A stretch of DNA of 64,000 bases, from the NCBI RefSeq assembly GCF_009914755.1, contig NC_060932.1; one strand, written 5' to 3'. Position numbers and translations under genes: made by a program. Below are positions 54,550-64,000 of the stretch, in pieces; position 1 is the first letter of the stretch, and each line of letters opens with the position of its first letter. The notes beneath the pieces were generated by a model. That model was not told the DNA's origin. It searched no databases and saw nothing but the letters and a program-made list of their open reading frames with translations. The DNA is from the human T2T-CHM13v2.0 reference genome, Homo sapiens.

Positions 54550-57149
54550 GCCAAACGTGCGCAAAGCAAGCAGCCCGCAACCCCGCCGGCAGCCTCTCCC
54601 AGCATCTCTTGCCACGGAAGGCCTGGTGATGGGGGGAGGGTGGCGAAAGAAGAGGCAGGAAACAAACGCATAGGTAGGCAGGGGAGGGAGGCGTTTGAGA
54701 AATGGGGTTGGTCTGAAGCCGCACGTGAGGAAAGAGGTGTGGTGAGTGCAGGATGCTGTGCTGCCCCCACGCAGGGCTCAGCCTGCTCTCCAGTAGGGAC
54801 CGGCCACTGGGGCCCCAGCTACTCTGTGAAGTCCTGGCCAGGTGAGGGTGGAGCACTGGTCTGGGCGTTACCACACCTGGTTCCTGCTGTGCTCAGGTGT
54901 GACCTTTGGGATGCTAGGTATTCATACAGGGAGAACAAATGGTTTCCTGTTTCTCAAGGTGGCACTGAGGAGGGGCTGTGGTTTCATTTGATTTCAGGGG
55001 TGTCCTGGGGTCAATGAGGCAGGGCATAGTGCGGAGGTTTGCATGAGGTTGCAGTTTAAATTTCCTATCATGAAAGCTGTCCCTCTGCCCAGAATAGCCT
55101 GGAGGCTGGATCAGCCTGTCAGTCAACCCATCCACAAATACAGGCAGGGGAAGATGGTGGGAGTTCAGTCAATATTTGTTGAATTGTGTTTAATTGAATC
55201 ATCTCTGCACTTCAGAACCTTATGAGAGAGAGAGAGATTTGGAGAATAATTTAGTGCAAGACCATGGCTTACTATCAGTGGAATTGGACTTCAGAAAAAA
55301 AAAAAAAAAAAAAAAAAAGAGAGAGATAGCATTAGGCTAATAGAATTTGAGGTAAGTCTTGAGGGTTTAGATAATAATAAGCTACAGGGTGACAGACAAG
55401 ACAGGAAGGTCCTGGCACAATTAGGATATTTTACCTGTAGCGATTGAGGGTTCATGTTACAGTCAGCAAGAGAAAGTGGGCCTAGGTTGAGTGTGGGTGC
55501 TTAAAAGTCAGGCTGAGGAGTTGATTCTTGATACCAACGTAGTAGGGAGCTATTGCAAGTTCTTGAGCAGGATAGTGACTGGCTGGAAGTGTTAGTTGAG
55601 ATAACTCTCAACTATGGCTCATGACTGGGAGGTGATTGAGGGCAAGGATGGTGGGTGCTTCTTTCCTAGGGCTCTCGCAGGGATCAGCATCATGCTTGGC
55701 CTTGGTAAAGGTTCACTAGACGTTGAATTGAATGGATGGGTGTTAGGATCCCCAAGGACATGGAGGCCAGCAATGGATGTCCTCAGGGGAGGTCAGCTTT
55801 CCTGGTGAGTGAATGGAGCAGAGCCAGGGTTGCCGGCGGGTTGGCAAGCGCCGCCCACGCCAAGCACCAGTTTTCCAAGGGCTGTTTTGTTCACTGGCTC
55901 AGCAGAGCGTGTGAGATGTGATCACAATCTTGAAATAACACAGACAGTCTCTGCTCTCTGCCACTTCCTATTCTGCTGATCCTCTTATTTGACAATACCT
56001 AAGAAACACCTACATCTTCCTCTCCTCCCAGACCAGCCCACTTGTGGGAATCTCTGCAGTCTGAGGATGTCAGTGTAGACGGCACCCTGCCAGCAATCCC
56101 CCTGCCTGGACGGAGGTGTCCTCTGGGGTGGAGAGAGCATGTAGAGTCAGTCTTAGCCAAACAGTGGTGTGGGTGACACATCCGGGTGCTTTCTGGCTTT
56201 CCGCCGTGGTGGCAGGCGGGGCTGTCTGAACCACACACTGTTTTTATGAAACAGCTTTCTCTTTTCAAGGGCTCTTACGTTTGCTTCCATTGCTGGTCTT
56301 GGAACAACTCTCAGGTTGGTATCATTTCATCCATTTACAGTTGAGCAAACTGAGGAGTGGCATTGGTAGGTGAGTTGCAAGAGATGACACTATTCCTATA
56401 CTGGGGACCTGAAGATGAGCTCCTGCCATCTCACACCAAGCCCTGTGCCTGTCCTGTGAGGCCCTGCAAACTGGGCCCAGGCTATGTGAGCAGGGTGGGG
56501 GACACTAGGCCAGTCCAAGCCACCATACCAGTGCTCAAATGTGGAGGTGGTGAAGCCAGGTAGGACAAGGAGAAACATCCCCAGGGTGCAGGAGCACAGT
56601 AAAACATGCATGTCGGAACCCTCATGCTTCCTAAAAGCCAGGCTTTTAGGGCCAGGGCCAGGCTCAAGAGTAGCCTGATCTTTGGTGTCTCTGGAAATCA
56701 GGTTGTCAGAGAGATAGGATCCTTTGTGGAATAAGAGCCAGGGGTCAGGAACACTCAGGTATCTGGCAAAAGAATGAGTCAGTTATCAGTCAGTGAACAG
56801 TCACTGAACACCTACTTAGCACAGGTGATGAGGAAGACATGATTCCTGACCCCAGTGGGGACAGAGACAATGAAACCAGCAGTTACAGTATCATGTGCTG
56901 TTTATGGTAATAGGGGTGCATAAAAATGCTGTGGGAGTCTGAAAGAAAGAGTAGTTCTGTCTTCTCTGGACTGATGGGACTTCAGGAGTTTGTGACAGAG
57001 GTCATGTCATGGACGTAGATCACAGATAGGGCAAGGAGCTGGGCATGAACAGCACAGAGTCCTTGAATGTGCCACCATAGCTGCTTTTCCTTGAAGCCTA
57101 TGGGTGCTGGAGCTGTGCAGAAATGAAGCTTCATCTTTCAACATTGTGA

Positions 57150-57485
57150 TAGCAGCAGCACAGTTTGTGGATTTGTTCACCATGATGTCCCTCTCTTCTA
57201 CCTCATCCCTTAGAACATCATAAAATCTAGTGCAACAGCCACTAATCTTATCACTCTCTCTCAAGCTCCCTTTCTCGCCATCCCAGGTCTCTTTGCACAA
57301 GTCATCAGGACCACTGGAGTCCTCTATCATGAAGTTGCTCTAAATCATCTTTAAAGACTTCAGGGACCATTCCGAGAGTGAGTGTTGTAAGACTGGCTGT
57401 ATGGGATACTCAGGAGTGGTTAAGTGTTAATGGACTTGCCTTTCACACATGAGACATTGCATTTTTGTCCCTTGGTAATAGATAG
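57150..57485 (+). mobile_element. Ancient CR1/L2-clade LINE RT fossil (putative)
   Basis: Hand translation TVCGFVHHDVPLFYL, QAPFLAIPGLFAQVIR, a frameshifted HL-KDFR, and QEWLSVNGLAFHT*DIAFLSLGNR, in RT motif order. Confidence 0.5.
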
Positions 57486-58622
57486 GTGTGTTTTTCAGAG
57501 GTAGTAGAGACGCTTTGACAGTGGTAACATCAGTGTGCCCTGAAAAAAATAATAACTCAATAATAGTGATAATAAGAGTCCTATTGGCTACCATACTGAA
57601 TGTCCAAAATGACATAGCAAGTGATTGGAAATGCAAGTGAGGATTTATCTGTGATTGGGGTGGGCATTGCCTTGGGGCTGGTGATGCTGGTGCTGGTGGG
57701 TCTCCCTGACTTTGAATCTGATGAACAGAGGGCAGGATGGGAAGAGGGAGGAATAAGGGGAGGAGCAGAGAGTGGACCCAAGGCACGCTGCTGCCTCTAG
57801 CATAAGAAACAAGCCGTGAAAGCAGCTTACAGGCCCAGGCTTTGTTCTCATTGCCAGGAGGCAACTTCTGGATCTATCCAGGTGACTGCAGCTTTCTACA
57901 CACAGTACTCAGGTCATTTAACACCTCACAGACCTTACCTGTGCACTTAATTAATGTCGCTTGTTTAGGGGGTGCAGAGCATTTTATAAAATGACAACAT
58001 TGAACTTGATTCAGATTCAAAACTAACTAGCATTGATTGAGTACCTACTATGTTCCAGGCATTGGGTAATTTTGTACACATGATCACATTTAATCTGTAT
58101 AACAACCTGGCATAAGGCGTCGTCTCATTTTTTTAGTTGGATGGCCCAGGGGTGTTGCCCACAATTCCATGTTGGATTAATAAAAGTGGCACATTCTTTC
58201 CTTTGTTCTGGCTATTTCTGAGGTCCTTTCAGTTCTGATATTCTATTTCTGGGACCATTGAGAGAAACATCAGAATCGATTACAGCTGGGAGTAGGGTGC
58301 TAGGAAGCTTCCAACAGGACAACTTCTTTTTTATCACTAACAATTTATCCTCTCAGGTTCTCTTTCCTTTTTCTCCTTTTTTTTTTTTTTTTTTTTTTTT
58401 TGATAATAGTCAACAGAATAAAACTCAAGGAGAATGTGAAATTAGAAGCAATAGAAAATTTGCATAATTAAAGCTAGAATACAGAGGAGAGCAGGAGAGA
58501 AAGGTGAGAATAACTTAAGTAGAAGATATTCATATCTAGGAACAGAGGTCTTGGATGCAATCTCAGCTTGTTACTTGTAGACTGGGTGGATGGGGCTCAA
58601 GAGAGTCAGATGACTTGCTTGG

Positions 58623-59110
58623 TGTGGCCGACACTGCCTGGATATTCACCAGTCACATTTCCTCTTTCTTTTGGGTTAACAGCTAGACTGAATTTTCTAG
58701 CCCTTCTGAAGTTAAGGGTGGTCAAATGACTGAGTATTGGCCATTGAAATGTGGGTGAAAGTGGTGCACGCTGCTTCTAGGCTCGGCTGGTAAGAACCTC
58801 TCACCTGTCGGCAGGAGAATGGCATGAACCCTGGAGGCAGAGCTGCAGTGAGCCGAGATGGCGCCACTGCACTCCAGCCCGGGAGACAGCGAGACTCCGT
58901 CTCAAAAAAAAAAAAAAAAAGAACCTCTCATCTGTGACCTTCTCCATGTTTCTTCCTCTTCCACAGTGACTCTAGTAGCCACGTGCTCTGAAGATGATGG
59001 AGCCACAGACGGTAGAAACTTGGGTCCCCGAATTACTCCTGTGAGAAATGTATTTTTATCATGTGAAGTCACTAGGATTTGAAGGTTTATCCATTGTAAC
59101 AACTAGCATG
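58623..59110 (+). mobile_element. MaLR LTR (MLT1I/J-like), interrupted by an Alu fragment
   Basis: tgtggccgacact...ggtcaaatgactgag..tggccattgaaatgtggg...gaagatgatggagccaca. Confidence 0.7.
58810..58920 (+). mobile_element. 5'-truncated AluY-like right-arm insertion
   Basis: ggcaggagaatggcatgaaccc...gagactccgtctc-polyA; TSD aagaacctctcacctgt / aagaacctctcatctgt. Confidence 0.92.
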
Positions 59111-59921
59111 ATCTCAGCTGGGATACTCAGCTTCTTCATGTGGAAAAGCAGAGACTGGTAGCCAGAATGATTTCTGGGGTCTTTGCAGAATTTAACAGCT
59201 TCTGGTTCTGTGACACCATGAAGGAGAACAGCAAACCCTAGCAGCTTAGCATTGAGCTTGAGTCATGGTACATTTTGAGCTTTTTTCTGGTCCCTGTCTT
59301 TGGGCAGCTTGCGTTCGAGGCCATCTATGGTAGATGTTTTCCTTCCTGGCATAGATGATTCAGGCAGGACATTTTCCCTGTGTGTGATTTTCATATGATG
59401 ACCATGGCCTTTTCTTGCCTTCTGGAGTAGTAATGAAGGTGCAATAAAATAATGGTTGGCAAAGATTGCTTTTGAACACACCTAAATGCTACATGAAAGA
59501 TTATTATTAATTATAATAATTAGGGTAGAGGAAATTAACAAAAAATTCTGGAAACTCTCAAGTGATCATTTTGAGTGTGACATTTACTTTGAGTGACCCC
59601 AGGCAAGTTATACAATATTAGCCCAGATGGTGGTATAATCCATTTTATGTAAATCTCATAGATGGAGATTGAAACTGTCATAAACAGATGTAATTAGAGA
59701 ATGGTTGTTTTCAAGTAGGGGATCTTTAGCTATCAGTTTTCCTGATCTTATCTTGTTTCATACAGTGGGAGAGAAAGGGAAGAAAGTTTAAAATAAGTTA
59801 TCAATGAGAGATCATTCAAAATAATGATAAAGTAATGCTGGGTTTAAGGAAGGATGGAGTCAGACTTAATAAAATCCAACTTAGGTATGGCTTAAAAAAT
59901 AGTACACAAAGTGTAGGTTTC

Positions 59922-60037
59922 TTTTTTTGAGATGGAGCCTCGCTCTTTTGCCCAGGCTGGAGTGCAATGGTGCGATCTTAGTTCAAGTGATCTGCCCACC
60001 TCAGCCTCCCAAAGTGCTGGGATTGCAGGTGTGAGCA
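59922..60037 (-). mobile_element. Internally deleted Alu
   Basis: Right-arm 3' end joined to left-arm 5' part (gcgatcttagt|tcaagtgatctgccc); flanks taggtttctt/taggttctt. Confidence 0.85.
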
Positions 60038-60384
60038 TAGGTTCTTACGATAGGTTTCAGAGGCAGCTTTCTTACCACAGCCTCAGCCCCTCCCACGTGC
60101 TGGGGGCACAGCAGTGGGCCACAAACACAAAGTTCCTGCTCTGGTGGGGAAGATGGACAATGTGCATTTAGAGAACACAATGTCAGCTAAACATAGCCAA
60201 TCACCATTGCATCCCACCGTGTTTCTTTCTAAGTGGTTTACAGGTATTAAGTCATATAAGCCATGTTAGGCTAAGTGCTATTATTCTGATTTCCATTTTA
60301 CAGATGGGGACACTGATGCACAGAGAAGTTAACTGCCAAATCCAGGGAGACTGCTCTTAACCACTAATCCATACTGTTTCCTAT

Positions 60385-63070
60385 TAGTGCTATGGACTAG
60401 AACTAACATAGGGCATGGAATAAAATATAGTAGAGAGGAGGTGGCTAATTAGGTAGAGTGGGTAAGAAGAGATGACATTTGAGCAAAATCTGATTGAAGT
60501 CAGGAGGCCAGTCTGAGGCTCTCAAGGGAAAGAAAGATAGTGATCTAGGCATAGGGAACCATAGAAGGAAAAAGCCCTGAGATGGGCAAAGGGTCGTGGG
60601 TTTGAGGAATGTCAAGAATGCTGGTTTGAACAAAGTGGATATGCAAGGGGGAAGGTGACAGAAGATGAGTTGGAAAGATGCCAGAGGCCAGATCTTGTAG
60701 AACCTTGGTGTCCATAAATGCTTTGGCTGTTGTCTGAAGAATTATGGGCAATCCTTACAGGTATGTTTGAGTGACGGTAGTAATGAGATTGAGTTAGATT
60801 ACTTAAAATTTTGAACCATCCTGGATACTCAGCTTATGGCAGGAGTGAGGGGTGGCAGGAGTAGCAGTAGGAACCAGAATGGAGACTATTGCAATATTCC
60901 AGGCAAGAGAGATTCTGGGATTAGATCAGAGCGATAATGGTGCAAGTGCCAGAGTTAGGAAAAATCAAACATGGGATATGAGAGAAAGAGAGGAATAAAA
61001 ATGACATCAAGCCCTTTGACCTGAGCAAGTGGATGTGCAATGGTGACGGTGCTGTTTGCTGAAATGAAAAAGAGTGAGGATGAGCAGGTTCATGTGTAGT
61101 GCAGGAGGTAAGTAACAGTACTGGTTTGGATATGCAAGTGAAGATCTTGAGTAAGAAATTAGACACCCAAGCCTGGAGTTCAGGGGAGGAGAAGGGGTTA
61201 GACATGTTAATTTTGGAATCCCAGCCACAGATGGATGAGATTACTTAGAGGAAAAAATGGTAGAGAAGAGGTATGCGTTGGAACTTCCACATGTAGATCT
61301 GAAAAACAGGAGGGGCCAGCAAAGGAAACTGACGGAGGGTCCAGGAAAGTGGGAGGAAAATCAGAAATAGTGGGTTTCCAGATATCAAGAAATGGAAGTG
61401 TTTCAGGTAGGATGGCATCATCAGCAGTATTGAGTGCTGACTATAGGCTCAATAAAGTAGGGGGACCAAGAGTTGACCCCTGGATTTGGTAACATGGAAG
61501 TGGTTTTGATATATGAAGTTTTTTCATAGAGTGATAGGGACAAAGGCCTGTTTGGAAAACCAGCATTACTTGGCAAGGCTACAGTAACAACCTACTCTCA
61601 ACTCTCAAAGGCTTGCAGAACAGCAATATCTTATTGTTATCATGTCACCTGTTGGAGGCTGTGGATCAGCTACAGTTTTGTTCCTCATAACTTCTTTCAA
61701 AATCCAGGCTGAAGGAGTAGCTCCAATCTGGGATTGCAGTTATTATGGCCAAATGGAAAAGCAAGATTGCCGGTAGAAACTTGAAATACTTCGTAAAGCT
61801 TGTATTCAAACGTGGTCCATACCATGTCTGCTCAGCTTCTGCTGAATAGCACCAGCCATATGGCCAAGCCTGCTGATGGGTAGGAGGTCTACTGTCCCTG
61901 CAGGGAGGCACAGCAGGTCACATGGCAAACAACAGGGACATATGATCCTTCCACAAAGAAAGGAGAAGCCAATAATTGAAAACAATAACCCTATCTTCCA
62001 CAAAGGAAGTTCAAGAGAAAATGGAAGGTGACTTAATAAAGATAAGAATTACAGAAAACTTCAGGAATTTTAAGATCAAGGGAGCAGGGGAATAGGGCAG
62101 TAGCTAGAGAGGGAACTGGGATGAAGTGAGAACTTTGTTTGTTAGTGTTGAGATGAATGTTATTTCAGCATGTTTGTGTGTGATACACCAATCTAGAGAA
62201 AGGAGTTGAAGCAGGAGAGTGATATGATAGCAATGAGGATAAAGTTCTGTGGGTGAAAGGCAGAGGGATTCTCTGGACAAGTGGAAGGGTTAATCTTCAC
62301 TAAGAATGTCACAGTTTGTCCTCTGCCGCAGAAGAAAGACAGAGCCTGTTGGCGCAGAGGCTGGGAATTGTGTGGTTAGGGGAAGATAAACAATTATCTG
62401 ATTGCTTCTATGTTCTCACTGAAATAGACCAGCATTCGAGAGTGAAGAAGTGCAGAGGGCTGTTGGAGATTTGAGTAGTGACAAGTTGTGAGATGCTCAC
62501 CGCACAGAGTAGGAGAGTGAAATGAGCAGGAAGATATAGCAGGAATGCCCACCTCCTTGAGGCTTGTGGTCATGGACTCCAGATGATACCACTCGAGGTG
62601 TTTGCATGTTTTTCATTATTTCTGTTCACCTGGATGCAAGCATTTAGCCAAAGCTTGGAGGCTTCCTCAGGATGGCTTCCAAAATGGAAAGAGAAGGAGA
62701 CAAAGGATAGATTGATTTTAGTAAGGGACTGTGGAATGAAAACAGAAAATGTGTGATGGCCAGTGCACACAGGGCCTATGATCTGGAAGCTGCGGGAGGT
62801 CAAAAATTATTGGAGTAGAAGCGCTAGAGAGAGTAAACTGGAATTTTGGAGGTGATGGCCAGAGTTGGATATTTATTATCAAGATACTAGAGGTGGAACA
62901 GGATATTAGAGGTGGTAATGACAAGATCCAGGTTGTGAATATGGGAGTGATTGGTTGAGGTAGGGCTGAGATGATTACCGAGCTGATTATTGAAGATGAT
63001 ATCATGACACTGGGAAGTGACCATGTTTCATGGATCAAGTACCTGGATGTAGAAGTCATAGGAGGACATG
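60385..63070 (-). mobile_element. Long L2 LINE relic (purine-rich + strand), interrupted by an MLT1
   Basis: L2-typical antisense segments (gagatgacatttgagc, gactattgcaatattccaggcaagag, ctggagttcaggggag, tggatttggtaacatggaag). Confidence 0.75.
61549..62002 (-). mobile_element. MaLR LTR (MLT1I/J-like)
   Basis: gctacagtaacaac...ccaggctgaaggagtagctcc...catatggccaagcctg...tcttccaca. Confidence 0.65.
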
Positions 63071-64000
63071 GGAAGGCTGGAGGGAGAAAAGGCTATAAAT
63101 AAATGCAACAAAGAGCGATGGCAAAAGCTTCTGAATCTCATGATGCAATCTTAAAAGATCTTGCCTTTTCCTGTTGAGCAGTGTTGGGGAAGGGTGTGTC
63201 CTTGATGGCTAATTGGAGGTGTTCTGATGCAGGCTGCCTGGTAGGCTGGCATATGGAGAATGCAGGAGAGGCTCCAGGGTCTTGCAGGGGAATGTGTCCT
63301 CACTCTTGCTTCCATCCTGCCTGCCACTGCTGAAGCACAGAAACTCTGATAGATGCCTGGCCGGCTGTGAGAACAGGTGGTATCTTTCTGCAGCAAGTCA
63401 TAGGGGCCAACAGAGGCCTCAGACTTGGGGAAATTCAGTCACAGGAATGGTTAAACTGCACCACAACTGGGGCAGGGAGTGGTCAGTGTGCGTGTGTGCT
63501 GGGGAAAGAGAACACAAGCAAAGGAGGCACATTGTCTTGTCACCCCAGTAAATGATCCGTAACAGGGTCCCATCCATCATATGGGGTTTCTCAGAAGATT
63601 TCCTTTCCCATCTCCATGATTCCCACCCATCCCAGCTTGGTAACACCATTTTGATTCAATGGTGTAGCTACTGGAGTTCTGAGTACTCACACCTCTGGTA
63701 GTGAGGCATCTGCCGACAGCCGGATTAGAGACATTGTTTGATGGCATTACTTTTAGTCCATTTGATCACAGAGATCTGAGATGGAGCTGATATCTCACAA
63801 CTGGATATTTGGATCAGCAAAATGACAACTGTTTAAATAACAGTTTCTCCAAAATATAGTCTTTTTCTGAGGCTTATTGTAATGTTTATGTTCCTGTGCT
63901 TTGTTTTTTGAAGCCGATATTCTTGGAGCTTTTCTTTTTTTCTCCTCCTGTGACCATCAGAAGATGGCAGCTGACTTGCCCGCCTCAGCTCAGCTTCCTT

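Noticed and set aside
55295-55318. Poly-A run as a retrocopy tail
   Set aside because: No upstream AATAAA, element body or TSD; a simple homopolymer expansion.
57007-57330. Protein-looking minus-strand ORF (107 aa), possible processed pseudogene
   Set aside because: No parent gene recognised and no poly-A/TSD; the opposite strand fits a LINE RT relic better.
58378-58401. Poly-T run as a retrocopy tail
   Set aside because: No associated element, polyadenylation signal or TSD.
63686-63832. Minus-strand exon ending at gtgagt
   Set aside because: Weak acceptor and stops in all three frames.

Overview
Primate (almost certainly human) nuclear genomic DNA, intergenic or deep intronic. I cannot identify the locus, and I find no supportable protein-coding exon, RNA gene or CRISPR array. 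The ORF-track entries are Alu/L1/L2 read-through or chance ORFs. Much of the window is interspersed repeats: about 20 Alu/FLAM copies (J, S and Y ages, many with TSDs), several L1s (two with twin-priming 5' inversions, one internally deleted), L2 and MIR relics, MaLR and ERV1 solo LTRs, and hAT DNA transposons. The unique sequence holds several AT-rich, motif-dense blocks that resemble developmental enhancers (RFX/PBX-HOX, posterior HOX/PAX/T-box/GATA) and a near-consensus CTCF site. Points worth a second look are two very ancient CR1/L2-clade reverse-transcriptase fossils readable only through stops and frameshifts, two inverted-repeat pairs enclosing TA-rich microsatellite loops, and a perfect hairpin/duplication cluster at an LTR edge. 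There is no evidence for a genuinely new biological system. Repeat subfamily names come from recalled consensus sequences and need RepeatMasker/Dfam confirmation.
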